DNA from: Eledone cirrhosa
Taxonomy: Eukaryota
Length of the DNA stretch: 64,000 nt
Direction: 5' to 3'
Assembly (NCBI GenBank): GCA_964016885.1
Contig: OZ024743.1
Location: 204,662,001-204,726,000 of the forward strand
Shown: positions 38,701 to 54,818 of the stretch, piece after piece
Numbering within the stretch: position 1 is the stretch's first letter
How the letters are laid out: every line of letters begins with the position of its first letter
Translations under genes and position numbers: made by a program
Notes under the pieces: generated by a model
Told to the model about the DNA's origin: nothing
Seen by the model: the letters and a program-made list of their open reading frames with translations, nothing else
Databases searched by the model: none

Positions 38701-41173
38701 AAATTCAATTAAAACCCCATTAAAAATCCATTAAAAAGATCATCATGAACGCACTTAAACACCATCAAAAACGCATTAAAAATTAAATTAAAAAGCAATT
38801 AATTTTTTTTATCAAACCCCCATTAAAATTCCATTAAAAACAACATTGAAAACCCCCATTAAAAGCTCATACAAAATTATATTAAAAACCCAATAAAAAA
38901 CAATTACAACGCCATTAAAACATCATAAAAACTCATTAAAATGTCATTTAAAATGCCATTAAAACCCTCACGGGGGGAAACGCAATTAAAAACACCATTA
39001 GAAATTTCATTAAAAACTCCATTAAAAATCATATTTAAAGTCAATTAGAACCCTTATTATAAATTCCATTAAAACCCATTAAGTATCCAATTGAAAAATC
39101 CATTAAGAGCTCATTAAAAATACTCCATTAAAAACCCAATTAAAAATCATTAAAACGCATTTAAACACCATAAAAACACAATTAAAACGCCATTAAAAAC
39201 TCCATTAAAACATCCTTGAATCTATTAAAAATTTCATTAAAAACGCAATCAAAAATTCCATTAAAAACCCATTTAAAAACTCATAAACAACACCATTGAA
39301 AACCCAATTAAAAACTCCATAAAAAACCCATTAAACACCATCGAAAATCCCATTAAAACACCATTAAAAAGCCATTAAAACCCAATTTTAAACGCAATTA
39401 AAAACTGAATTAAAACACTATTAAAAACTCATAAAAAAAGGCTCATAAATAATGGGGTTTTCAATTGTTTTTTATGAAATTTATAATATGCCTTTTAATG
39501 AACTTTTTAATGGGCTTTTAGTGGAGTTTTTAATGGATTTTTATGGAATTTTTAATGACATTATTAATGGTTTTTTAATTGGGCTTTTTGTGATGTTTTA
39601 ATGGCGTTTTTATGACATTTTATTGTGTTTTGTGGCGTTTTAATGGCGTTTTAATTGGTTTGTTATTGGGTTTTTAATAGAGTTTTATGAACTTTTAATA
39701 TGGGGTTAATGGGTTTTGAATGTGTTTTCAATGGAACTTTTAATTGAGTTTTTAATGAAATTTCTAATGGGATGTGTAATTGAATTTTTAATTGGTTTTT
39801 AATGGGTTTAGTGGGTTTATAGTGGAGTTTTTAATGGTGTTTTAATGGTGCTTCGATTGAGTTTTTAATTGAGTTTTTAATTGAGTTTTTACTGAGTTTT
39901 TAATTGAGTTCTTATTTTATTTTATTTTATTTATTTTTTATATTTAATTTTTTTTTATTTTTTTTTATTTTATTTTATTTTTATTTATTTTATTTTATTT
40001 TATTTTATTTTATTTATTTTATTTTATTTTATTTATATTTTTTAGTTTTTTTTATTTTATTTTATTTTATTTTTTTTATTTTATTTTATTTTATTTTATT
40101 TTATTTTTTTTATTTTATTTTATTTTATTTTTTATTTTATTTTATTTTATTTTATTTTATTTTATTTTATTTTATTTTATTTTATTTTATTTTATTTTAT
40201 TTTATTTTATTTTATTTTATTTTATTGAGTTTTTAATTTAGTTTATAATTTAGTTTATAACTTAGTTTATAATTTAGTTTATTTCTCCCTCTTCTCCCCC
40301 TACTGTCCTCTACAGCCAGATCTGCCTTTCTTTACCCCTCCCAAGTCTCTTCCCTCTTCTCCCCCTACTGTCCTCTACAGCCTGATCTGCCTTTCTTTAC
40401 CCCTCCCTAGTCTCTTCATTATTCAGTTTTGTTTTTATCTTTCTAAAACATCCTAGTTTTAATGAAATTAAAAGGAAATAGCAATCGCTATAAGTGTGCA
40501 AGCCAGCATGTAACTTCATGTGTGTGTGTTTTTAATGGAGTTTTTAATTGAGTTTTAATGGAGTTTTAATTGAGTTTATAATGGAGATTTAAATGGAATT
40601 TTTAATTGAGTTTTAATGTAGTTTTAATGGTGTTTTATGCCGTTTTAATGGTATTTTAATGGGGTTTTTATTTGGTTTTTTATAAAGTTTTGGGTGCGCT
40701 TTTAATGGGGGTTTAATGGGTTTTCAGTGTAGTTTTTAATGACATTTTTAATGGTTTTCCAATGGAACCTTAGTGGTGTGTTAATGCAATTTTAATTGGT
40801 TTAATGGGCTTTTAATTGTGTTTTTAATGGTGTTTTAATTGAGTTTTTAATTGCGTTTTAATTGAGTTTTTATTTCGGTTTAAATTTGAGGTTTTAATGT
40901 CTTTTCGAGGGGGGGTTAATGGGGGTTTTAATGGAGTTTTAATGGGGACTTTTAATGGAAACTTTAATTTTGTTTTAATTGGGTTTTTATGGGTTTCCAA
41001 TGTGGTTTTTAATGGCGCTTTTATTGGCATTCTTAATGATGTTTTAATTGTGTTTTAATGGGGGGTTTGGTTGGGGTTTTAATGGAGTGTTTTATGAGCT
41101 TATAATGGGGTTTTTAATGGGTTTTTCAAAATAGATTTTTAATTGAATTTTTAATGTGGTTTTTAATGGGATT

Positions 41174-41224
<51 letters not shown>

Positions 41225-41285
41225 GTGTGTGTGTATATATATATATATATAGTGTGTATGTATATATATATATATAGTGTGTGCG

Positions 41286-41317
<32 letters not shown>

Positions 41318-41895
41318 ACACAAATATTAGCATATACATATTTTCTTAGTAATTGAGGATGTGTTTTTTATACATACATATGCATATTGCATCCATACAT
41401 ACACACATACAAGCATATACATACACATACACACAAATATATATACACACACTGTATATATATACATACACACACACACATATATATATATACACCACAC
41501 ACTATATATATATATAGTGTGTGTGTGTATATATATATGTGTGTGTATGTATATATATATATACAGTGTGTGTATATATGTGTGTGTGTATGTCTATGTA
41601 TATGCTTGTATGTGTGTATGTATGTATGTATGCAATATGCATATATAAAAACACATCCTCAATGACTAAGAAATTATGTATATGCTAATATGTGTGTTAG
41701 TGTCTATATAAATGTATGTATGTAGTATATGCAAGTGTTCGTGCAAATTGAAAATAGATTTAATAATTTTAATATCTAGAACAATGTGATCTAAAAAAAA
41801 TATTTTTTAAGATACGAATATATCGTTGTCAGCTTAATATGGCACTAACGCAAAATATAAATCCCAGTTTATATATAGTGTGTAACATGAAAGTG

Positions 41896-41936
<41 letters not shown>

Positions 41937-42042
41937 ATATATATATATATATATATATATTTAATATATATATATATATATATATATATTTAATATATAT
42001 ATATATATATATATATTTAATATATATATATATATATATATA

Positions 42043-42079
<37 letters not shown>

Positions 42080-42080
42080 A

Positions 42081-42118
<38 letters not shown>

Positions 42119-45100
42119 ATACACATATATATGTGTAAATATATATATACACATATATATGTGTAAATATATATATACACATATATATATACACATATAT
42201 ATGTGTAAATATATATATATACATATATATGTATGTATGTATATATATATATATAAACACCATTAAAAACTCCATTGAAAAGCTCATAAAAACTCATTAA
42301 AAACCCAATAAAAAGCACACTAAACCACCATTAAAAGCTACATCCGAAACCCATTAAAAACTATATTAAAACACCATTAAAATTCCATTAAAAACCACAT
42401 TAAAATCCATTAAAAATCCAATTAAAAACAGTAAAAACTTAATTGTAAACGTAATCGAAAGCGCAAGTAAAACAACATTAAAACCATTTAACACCCCATT
42501 AAAACCCACAAAAATACCACCAGAACCCATTAAAATCCCATAACCGCCATTAAAATTCCATTAAAAATATTATAAAAAACTTCATTTAAAACACGCTGGA
42601 AACCCATTAAACTTCATAAAAAAATCCATTAAAAAAAAATCCATTAAAAAAATCCATTAAAAAAAAATCCATTAAAAAAATCCATTTAAAAAAATACGTT
42701 AAAAAAAATCCATTAAAACTCAATCAAAAACCCAATTAAAAGGCCATAAAAGAAACATTAAAACACCATTTAAAAAACCCATTAAAAAACCATTAAAAAA
42801 AATCCATTTAAAAAATCCATTAAAAAAATCCATTAAAAATCCATAAAAATCCATTAAAAATCCATTAAAAATCCATTAAAAATCCATTAAAAATCCATTT
42901 AAAAAAATCCATTAAAAAAATCCATTAAAAAAATCCATTAAAAAAAATCCATTTAAAAAATCCATTAAAAAAATCCATTAAAAAAAATCCATTAAAAAAA
43001 ATCCATTAAAAAAAATCCATTAAAAAAAATCCGTTAAAAAAAATCCATTAAAAACTCAATCAAAAACCCAATTAAAAGGCCATAAAAGAAACATTAAAAC
43101 AGCATTTAAAATACCATTAAAAACGCCATAAAAAACATTAAAATCCCATTAAAAATACATTAAAGGCCCATTAAAAATTCCACTAAAAACCTCATTGAAA
43201 ACCCCATTTAAAACCTAATTAGAAGCTCATAAAAACTCCCAAAACCCAATAAAAAACCATTAAAACGTCATTAAAACGTCATAAAACGCTATTAAAACGT
43301 CATTAAAAATGTCATTAAAAACTCCATTGATAACTCAATTAAAAACTGCATTTTACCCCCCTCCTCCCCCATTAAAAACACATTAAACACTCCATTAAAA
43401 TTACCATTAAAAACCAATTAAATACTCCATTAAACACTATATTAAAACCGCAATTATAAATTCTTTAAAAATCCAATTAAAAAACATATTATAAACTCCA
43501 TTAAAAATCCAATTAAAAACCCTACTGAAAATCCCATTATAAAATTACATAAAAACCCATAATAATAGTCCTTTAAAAAACCAATTAAAAATCCTATTAA
43601 AACGCCATAAAAAACACCATTAAAACGTCATTAAAAATACAATTAAAAACACCATTAAAAACTACATTGCAAATTCCATTAAAAGACCCGTTAAAAACTC
43701 CATTAAAAACACCACTAAAAAGCCCATTAAAAAGCTCATAAAACCCATTAAAATACAATCAATAACCAATTAACACTCCATTAAAAACCATTACAACCGT
43801 CATTAAAATGCCATAAAATACCATTAATACGCCATTAAGAACGCCATTAAAATCGTCATTAAAAACTACATTAAAACTTCATTAAAATCTCCATTAAAAC
43901 CTCCATTATAAACTCTATTAAACTCCATTAAAACTCAATTAAATCCCCCATTAAACCCCCATTAAGCCCCATTAAAAGCCCCTGAAAAATGCAACTAAAA
44001 ACCAATTTTAAAACCCCATTAAAACACAATTAAAAGTCCATTGGAAACCCCATTAAAATTCCATTAAAAATTCATTAAAAACTTAGTAAAAACTCGATTT
44101 TATACTCAATTAAAAAGGTAATTGAAAACTCAATTAGCACACCATTAAAAACTCATTAAAAAGCCCATAAAAACTCCATAAAAAATCTAATTGAAAAACA
44201 TTAAAAATTCAGTTAAAAACCTGATTGAAAACCCCAATAAAAGTTCATTAAAAAAACTCCATTAAAAAATCAATCAAAACCCCATTAAAATAACATTGAA
44301 ACTTATCGAAGCGTCATTAAGGATACCATTAAAAAACACCATTAAAACGGCATTGAAAACCCATTATAAAAAATTAAAGGGTCCGTAAAAAACACCATTA
44401 TAAATCCATTAAAAACCTAATTGAAAAACCCATTAAAACTCAATTTTTAAACTAGATTAAAAACGCAATTAAAAGCTCAATGAAAAACCATTAAAAACAC
44501 CATTAAAAACTCTTTAAAAAAGAGCACTAGCCATTAAAACTCCATTAAAACCCATTGAAACCTACTACCCCCATTAAACCCCATTAAAATTGCATTAAAC
44601 ACATTACACATCCATTAAAGCCCATTAGAAGGACCATCAAATATTTAAATTTAAACTAAATCAGAAACTCGCTTAAAACACCATTAAAAACACATTAAAA
44701 TGTCACTAATACCATTAACAACCACACAAAAAACTCCATTAATATACCATTAAAAACCGCATTGAAAACCCATAAAATCCCAAGTAAAGATCTTTTAAAA
44801 AACTACATTAAAAACCCAATTAAAAAACCCATTAAAACGCCATAAAAGTCATTAAAACGTCATTTAAAGTACCATTAAAAACGTCACTAGAAACCCAATT
44901 AAAAACACATTAAAAATTCCATTTGAAACCATATTAAAAATTTCATTAAATGCAATATTGAAAAACCCATTAAAAACACCAGTGAAAACTCATATAAATA
45001 CTCAATTAAAAAACCAATTAAAAATCCTATTTAAACGTCACTAAAACACCATAAAAAACACAATTAAAACGTCATAAAAACACCATTAAACTATCATTAA

Positions 45101-47597
45101 AAATTACATTGAAAACACCATTAAAAAGTCAATTAAAACCCCATTAAAAATCCATTAAAAAGATCATCATGAACGCACTTAAACACCATCAAAAACGCAT
45201 TAAAAATTAAATTAAAAAGCAATTAATTTTTTTTATCAAACCCCCATTAAAATTCCATTAAACACTCCATTAAAAACAACATTGTAAACCCCCATTAAAA
45301 GCTCATACAAAATTATATTAAAAGCCCAATAAAAAACAATTACAACGCCATTAAAACATCATAAAAACTCATTAAAATGTCATTTAAAATGCCATTAAAA
45401 CCCTCACGGGGGGAAACGCAATTAAAAACACCATTAGAAATTTCATTAAAAACTCCATTAAAAATCATATTTAAAGTCAATTAGAACCCTTATTATAAAT
45501 TCCATTAAAACCCATTAAGTATCCAATTGAAAAATCCATTAAGAGCTCATTAAAAATACTCCATTAAAAACCCAATTAAAAATCATTAAAACGCATTTAA
45601 ACACCATAAAAACACAATTAAAACGCCATTAAAAACTCCATTAAAACATCCTTGAATCTATTAAAAATTTCATTAAAAACGCAATCAAAAATTCCATTAA
45701 AAACCCATTTAAAAACTCATAAACAACACCATTGAAAACCCAATTAAAAACTCCATCAAAAACCCATTAAACGCCATCGAAAATCCCATTAAAACACCAT
45801 TAAAAAGCCATTAAAACCCAATTTTAAACGCAATTAAAAACTGAATTAAAACACTATTAAAAACTCATAAAAAAAGGCTCATAAATAATGGGGTTTTCAA
45901 TTGTTTTTTATGAAATTTATAATATGGCTTTTAATGAACTTTTTAATGGGCTTTTAGTGGAGTTTTTAATGGATTTTTATGGAATTTTTAATGACATTAT
46001 TAATGGTTTTTTAATTGGGCTTTTTGTGATGTTTTAATGGCGTTTTTATGACATTTTATTGTGTTTTGTGGCGTTTTAATGGCGTTTTAATTGGTTTGTT
46101 ATTGGGTTTTTAATAGAGTTTTATGAACTTTTAATATGGGGTTAATGGGTTTTGAATGTGTTTTCAATGGAACTTTTAATTGAGTTTTTAATGAAATTTC
46201 TAATGGGATGTGTAATTGAATTTTTAATTGGTTTTTAATGGGTTTAGTGGGTTTATAGTGGAGTTTTTAATGGTGTTTTAATGGTGCTTCGATTGAGTTT
46301 TTAATTGAGTTTTTAATTGAGTTTTTACTGAGTTTTTAATTGAGTTCTTATTTTATTTTATTTTATTTATTTTTTATATTTAATTTTTTTTTTTTTTTTA
46401 TTTTATTTTATTTTTATTTATTTTATTTTATTTTATTTTATTTATTTTATTTTATTTTATTTATATTTTTTAGTTTTTTTTATTTTATTTTATTTTATTT
46501 TTTTTATTTTATTTTATTTTATTTTATTTTATTTTATTTTATTTTATTTTATTTTATTTTATTTTTTATTTTATTTTATTTTATTTTATTTTATTTTATT
46601 TTATTTTATTTTATTTTATTTTATTTTATTTTATTTTATTTTATTTTATTGAGTTTTAATTTAGTTTATAATTTAGTTTATAACTTAGTTTATAATTTAG
46701 TTTATTTCTCCCTCTTCTCCCCCTACTGTCCTCTACAGCCAGATCTGCCTTTCTTTACCCCTCCCAAGTCTCTTCCCTCTTCTCCCCCTACTGTCCTCTA
46801 CAGCCTGATCTGCCTTTCTTTACCCCTCCCTAGTCTCTTCATTATTCAGTTTTGTTTTTATCTTTCTAAAACATCCTAGTTTTAATGAAATTAAAAGGAA
46901 ATACAATCGCTATAAGTGTGCAAGCCAGCATGTAACTTCATGTGTGTGTGTTTTTAATGGAGTTTTTAATTGAGTTTTAATGGAGTTTTAATTGAGTTTA
47001 TAATGGAGATTTAAATGGAATTTTTAATTGAGTTTTAATGTAGTTTTAATGGTGTTTTATGCCGTTTTAATGGTATTTTAATGGGGTTTTTATTTGGTTT
47101 TTTATAAAGTTTTGGGTGCGCTTTTAATGGGGGTTTAATGGGTTTTCAGTGTAGTTTTTAATGACATTTTTAATGGTTTTCCAATGGAACCTTAGTGGTG
47201 TGTTAATGCAATTTTAATTGGTTTAATGGGCTTTTAATTGTGTTTTTAATGGTGTTTTAATTGAGTTTTTAATTGCGTTTTAATTGAGTTTTTATTTCGG
47301 TTTAAATTTGAGGTTTTAATGTCTTTTCGAGGGGGGGGGTTAATGGGGGTTTTAATGGAGTTTTAATGGGGACTTTTAATGGAAACTTTAATTTTGTTTT
47401 AATTGGGTTTTTATGGGTTTCCAATGTGGTTTTTAATGGCGCTTTTATTGGCATTCTTAATGATGTTTTAATTGTGTTTTAATGGGGGGTTTGGTTGGGG
47501 TTTTAATGGAGTGTTTTATGAGCTTATAATGGGGTTTTTAATGGGTTTTTCAAAATAGATTTTTAATTGAATTTTTAATGTGGTTTTTAATGGGATT

Positions 47598-47631
<34 letters not shown>

Positions 47632-47705
47632 TAATATATAGTGTGTGTGTATATATATATATATATAGTGTGTATGTATATATATATATATATATAGTGT
47701 GTGCG

Positions 47706-47737
<32 letters not shown>

Positions 47738-48323
47738 ACACAAATATTAGCATATACATATTTTCTTAGTAATTGAGGATGTGTTTTTTATACATACATA
47801 TGCATATTGCATCCATACATACACACATACAAGCATATACATACACATACACACACATATATATACACACACTGTATATATATACATACACACACATATA
47901 TATATATACACCACACACTATATATATATATAGTGTGTGTGTGTATATATATATGTGTGTGTGTGTGTATGTATATATATATATACAGTGTGTGTATATA
48001 TGTGTGTGTGTATGTCTATGTATATGCTTGTATGTGTGTATGTATGTATGTATGTATGCAATATGCATATATAAAAACACATCCTCAATGACTAAGAAAT
48101 TATGTATATGCTAATATTTGTGTTAGTGTCTATATAAATGTATGTATGTAGTATATGCAAGTGTTCGTGCAAATTGAAAATAGATTTAATAATTTTAATA
48201 TCTAGAACAATGTGATCTAAAAAAAATATTTTTTAAGATACGAATATATCGTTGTCAGCTTAATATGGCACTAACGCAAAATATAAATCCCAGTTTATAT
48301 ATAGTGTGTAACATGAAAGTGGA

Positions 48324-48362
<39 letters not shown>

Positions 48363-48385
48363 ATATATATATATATATATATATA

Positions 48386-48422
<37 letters not shown>

Positions 48423-48635
48423 ATATATATATATATATATATATATATTTAATATATATATATATATATATATATTTAATATATATATATATATATATAT
48501 TTAATATATATATATATATATATATATTTAATATATATATATATATATATTTAATATATATATATATATATATATTTAATATATATATATATATATATAT
48601 ATTTAATATATATATATATATATATATATATTTAA

Positions 48636-48673
<38 letters not shown>

Positions 48674-51600
48674 ATACACATATATATGTGTAAATATATA
48701 TATACACATATATATGTGTAAATATATATATACACATATATATATACACATATATATGTGTAAATATATATATATACATATATATGTATGTATGTATATA
48801 TATATATATAAACACCATTAAAAACTCCATTGAAAAGCTCATAAAAACTCATTAAAAACCCAATAAAAAGCACACTAAACCACCATTAAAAGCTACATCC
48901 GAAACCCATTAAAAACTATATTAAAACACCATTAAAATTCCATTAAAAACCACATTAAAATCCATTAAAAATCCAATTAAAAACAGTAAAAACTTAATTG
49001 TAAACGTAATCGAAAGCGCAAGTAAAACAACATTAAAACCATTTAACACCCCATTAAAACCCACAAAAATACCACCAGAACCCATTAAAATCCCATAACC
49101 GCCATTAAAATGCCATTAAAAATATTATCAAAAACTTCATTTAAAACACACTGGAAACCCATTAAACTTCATAATTCTCGTTAAAAAAAATCCATTAAAA
49201 ACTCAATCAAAAACCCAATTAAAAGGCCATAAAAGAAACATTAAAACAGCATTTAAAATACCATTAAAAACGCCATAAAAAACATTAAAATCCCATTAAA
49301 AATACATTAAAGGCCCATTAAAAATTCCACTAAAAACCTCATTGAAAACCCCATTTAAAACCTAATTAGAAGCTCATAAAAACTCCCAAAACCCAATAAA
49401 AAAACCATTAAAACGTCATTAAAACGTCATAAAACGCTATTAAAACGTCATTAAAAATGTCATTAAAAACTCCATTGATAACTCAATTAAAAACTGCATT
49501 TTACCCCCCTCCTCCCCCATTAAAAACACATTAAACACTCCATTAAAATTACCATTAAAAACCAATTAAATACTCCATTAAACACTATATTAAAACCGCA
49601 ATTATAAATTCTTTAAAAATCCAATTAAAAACCATATTATAAACTCCATTAAAAATCCAATTAAAAACCCTACTGAAAATCCCATTATAAAATTACATAA
49701 AAAACCCATAATAATAGTCCTTTAAAAAAGCAATTAAAAATCCTATTAAAACGCCATAAAAAACACCATTAAAACGTCATTAAAAATACAATTGAAAACA
49801 CCATTAAAAACTACATTGCAAATTCCATTAAAAGACCCATTAAAAACTCCATTAAAAGCACCACTAAAAAGTCCATTAAAAAGCTCATAAAACCCATTAA
49901 AATACAATTAATAACCAATTAACACTCCATTAAAAACCATTACAACAGTCATTAAAATGCCATAAAATACCATTAAAACGCCATTAAGAACGCCATTAAA
50001 ATCGTCATTAAAAACCTCATTAAAAACTACATTAAAACTTCATTAAAAACTCCATTAAAACCTCCATTATAAACTCTATTAAACTCCATTAAAAACTCAA
50101 TTAAATCCCCCATTAAACCCCCATTAAGCCCCATTAAAAGCCCCTGAAAATGCAACTAAAAACCAATTTTAAAACCCCATTAAAACACAATTAAAAGTCC
50201 ATTGGAAACCCCATTAAAATTCCATTAAAAATTCATTAAAAACTTAGTAAAAACTCGATTTTATACTCAATTAAAAAGGTAATTGAAAACTCAATTAGCA
50301 CACCATTAAAAACTCATTAAAAAGCCCATAAAAACTCCATAAAAAATCTAATTGAAAAACATTAAAAATTCAGTTAAAAACCTGATTGAAAACCCCAATA
50401 AAAGTTCATTAAAAAAACTCCATTAAAAAATCAATCAAAACCCCATTAAAATAACATTGAAACTTATCGAAGCGTCATTAAGGATACCATTAAAAAACAC
50501 CATTAAAACGGCATTGAAAACCCATTATAAAAAATTAAAGGGTCCGTAAAAAACACCATTATAAATCCATTAAAAACCTAATTGAAAAACCCATTAAAAC
50601 TCAATTTTTAAACTAGATTAAAAACGCAATTAAAAACGCAATTAAAAGCTCAATGAAAAACCATTAAAAACACCATTAAAAACTCTAAAAAAAAAAAGCA
50701 CTAGCCATTAAAACTCCATTAAAACCCATTGAAACCTACTACCCCCATTAAACCCCATTAAAATTGCATTAAACACATTACACATCCATTAAAGCCCATT
50801 AGAAGGACCATCAAATATTTAAATTTAAACTAAATCAGAAACTCGCTTAAAACACCATTAAAAACACATTAAAATGTCACTAATACCATTAACAACCACA
50901 CCAAAAACTCCATTAATATACCATTAAAAACCGCATTGAAAACCCATAAAATCCCAAGTAAAGATCTTTTAAAAAACTACATTAAAAACCCAATTAAAAA
51001 ACCCATTAAAACGCCATAAAAGTCATTAAAACGTCATTTAAAGTACCATTAAAAACGTCACTAGAAACCCAATTAAAAATACATTAAAAATTCCATTTGA
51101 AACCATATTAAAAATTTCATTAAATGCAATATTGAAAAACCCATTAAAAACACCAGTGAAAACTCATATAAATACTCAATTAAAAAACCAATTAAAAATC
51201 CTATTTAAACGTCACTAAAACACCATAAAAAACACAATTAAAACGTCATAAAAACACCATTAAACTATCATTAAAAATTACATTGAAAACACCATTAAAA
51301 AGTCAATTAAAACCCCATTAAAAATCCATTAAAAAGATCATCATGAACGCACTTAAACACCATCAAAAACGCATTAAAAATTAAATTAAAAAGCAATTAA
51401 TTTTTTTATCAAACCCCCATTAAAATTCCATTAAACACTCCATTAAAAACAACATTGAAAACCCCCATTAAAAGCTCATACAAAATTATATTAAAAACCC
51501 AATAAAAAACAATTACAACGCCATTAAAACATCATAAAAACTCATTAAAATGTCATTTAAAATGCCATTAAAACCCTCACGGGGGGAAACGCAATTAAAA

Positions 51601-53833
51601 ACACCATTAGAAATTTCATTAAAAACTCCATTAAAAATCATATTTAAAGTCAATTAGAACCCTTATTATAAATTCCATTAAAACCCATTAAGTATCCAAT
51701 TGAAAAATCCATTAAGAGCTCATTAAAAATACTCCATTAAAAACCCAATTAAAAATCATTAAAACGCATTTAAACACCATAAAAACACAATTAAAACGCC
51801 ATTAAAAAGACCATTAAAAACTCCATTAAAACATCCTTGAATCTATTAAAAATTTCATTAAAAACGCAATCAAAAATTCCATTAAAAACCCATTTAAAAC
51901 TCATAAACAACACCATTGAAAACCCAATTAAAAACTCCATAAAAAACCCATTAAACACCATCGAAAATCACATTAAAATTCCATTAAAACACCATTAAAA
52001 AGCCATTAAAACCCAATTTTAAACGCAATTAAAAACTGAATTAAAACACTATTAAAAACTCATAAAAAAGGCTCATAAATAATGGGGTTTTCAATTGTTT
52101 TTTATGAAATTTATAATATGGCTTTTAATGAACTTTTTAATGGGCTTTTAGTGGAGTTTTTAATGGATTTTTATGGAATTTTTAATGACATTATTAATGG
52201 TTTTTTAATTGGGCTTTTTGTGATGTTTTAATGGCGTTTTTATGACATTTTATTGTGTTTTGTGGCGTTTTAATGGCGTTTTAATTGGTTTGTTATTGGG
52301 TTTTTAATAGAGTTTTATGAACTTTTAATATGGGGTTAATGGGTTTTGAATGTGTTTTCAATGGAACTTTTAATTGAGTTTTTAATGAAATTTCTAATGG
52401 GATGTGTAATTGAATTTTTAATTGGTTTTTAATGGGTTTAGTGGGTTTATAGTGGAGTTTTTAATGGTGTTTTAATGGTGCTTCGATTGAGTTTTTAATT
52501 GAGTTTTTAATTGAGTTTTTACTGAGTTTTTAATTGAGTTCTTATTTTATTTTATTTTATTTATTTTTTATATTTAATTTTTTTTTATTTTTTTTTATTT
52601 TATTTTATTTTTATTTATTTTATTTTATTTTATTTTATTTTATTTTATTTATTTTATTTTATTTTATTTATATTTTTTAGTTTTTTTTATTTTATTTTAT
52701 TTTATTTTTTTTATTTTATTTTATATTATTTTATTTTATTTTATTTTATTTTATTTTATTTTATTTTATTTTTTATTTTATTTTATTTTATTTTATTTTA
52801 TTTTATTTTATTTTATTTTATTTTATTTTATTTTATTTTATTTTATTGTATTTTATTTTATTTTATTTTATTTTATTTTATTGAGTTTTTAATTTAGTTT
52901 ATAATTTAGTTTATAACTTAGTTTATAATTTAGTTTATTTCTCCCTCTTCTCCCCCTACTGTCCTCTACAGCCAGATCTGCCTTTCTTTACCCCTCCCAA
53001 GTCTCTTCCCTCTTCTCCCCCTACTGTCCTCTACAGCCTGATCTGCCTTTCTTTACCCCTCCCTAGTCTCTTCATTATTCAGTTTTGTTTTTATCTTTCT
53101 AAAACATCCTAGTTTTAATGAAATTAAAAGGAAATAGCAATCGCTATAAGTGTGCAAGCCAGCATGTAACTTCATGTGTGTGTGTTTTTAATGGAGTTTT
53201 TAATTGAGTTTTAATGGAGTTTTAATTGAGTTTATAATGGAGATTTAAATGGAATTTTTAATTGAGTTTTAATGTAGTTTTAATGGTGTTTTATGCCGTT
53301 TTAATGGTATTTTAATGGGGTTTTTATTTGGTTTTTTATAAAGTTTTGGGTGCGCTTTTAATAGGGGTTTAATGGGTTTTCAGTGTAGTTTTTAATGACA
53401 TTTTTAATGGTTTTCCAATGGAACCTTAGTGGTGTGTTAATGCAATTTTAATTGGTTTAATGGGCTTTTAATTGTGTTTTTAATGGTGTTTTAATTGAGT
53501 TTTTAATTGCGTTTTTATTGAGTTTTTATTTCGGTTTAAATTTGAGGTTTTAATGTCTTTTCGAGGGGGGGGGGGTTAATGGGGGTTTTAATGGAGTTTT
53601 AATGGGGACTTTTAATGGAAACTTTAATTTTGTTTTAATTGGGTTTTTATGGGTTTCCAATGTGGTTTTTAATGGCGGTTTTATTGGCATTCTTAATGAT
53701 GTTTTAATTGTGTTTTAATGGGGGGTTTGGTTGGGGTTTTAATGGAGTGTTTTATGAGCTTATAATGGGGTTTTTAATGGGTTTTTCAAAATAGATTTTT
53801 AATTGAATTTTGAATGTGGTTTTTAATGGGATT

Positions 53834-53867
<34 letters not shown>

Positions 53868-53939
53868 TAATATATAGTGTGTGTGTATATATATATATAT
53901 AGTGTGTATGTATATATATATATATATATAGTGTGTGCG

Positions 53940-53971
<32 letters not shown>

Positions 53972-54564
53972 ACACAAATATTAGCATATACATATTTTCT
54001 TAGTAATTGAGGATGTGTTTTTTATACATACATATGCATATTGCATCCATACATACACACATACAAGCATATACATACACATACACACACATATATATAC
54101 ACACACTGTATATATATACATACACACACACACATATATATATATACACCACACACTATATATATGTATAGTGTGTGTGTGTATATATATATGTGTGTGT
54201 GTGTGTATGTATATATATATATACAGTGTGTGTATATATGTGTGTGTGTATGTCTATGTATATGCTTGTATGTGTGTATGTATGTATGTATGCAATATGC
54301 ATATGTATGTATAAAAACACATCCTCAATGACTAAGAAATTATGTATATGCTAATATTTGTGTTAGTGTCTATATAAATGTATGTATGTAGTATATGCAA
54401 GTGTTCGTGCAAATTGAAAATAGATTTAATAATTTTAATAATATCTAGAACAATGTGATCTAAAAAAAATATTTTTTAAGATACGAATATATCGTTGTCA
54501 GCTTAATATGGCACTAACGCAAAATATAAATCCCAGTTTATATATAGTGTGTAACATGAAAGTG

Positions 54565-54611
<47 letters not shown>

Positions 54612-54740
54612 ATATATATATATATATATATTTAATATATATATATATATATATATATATTTAATATATATATATATATATATATATTTAATATATATAT
54701 ATATATATATATATTTAATATATATATATATATATATATA

Positions 54741-54777
<37 letters not shown>

Positions 54778-54778
54778 A

Positions 54779-54818
<40 letters not shown>

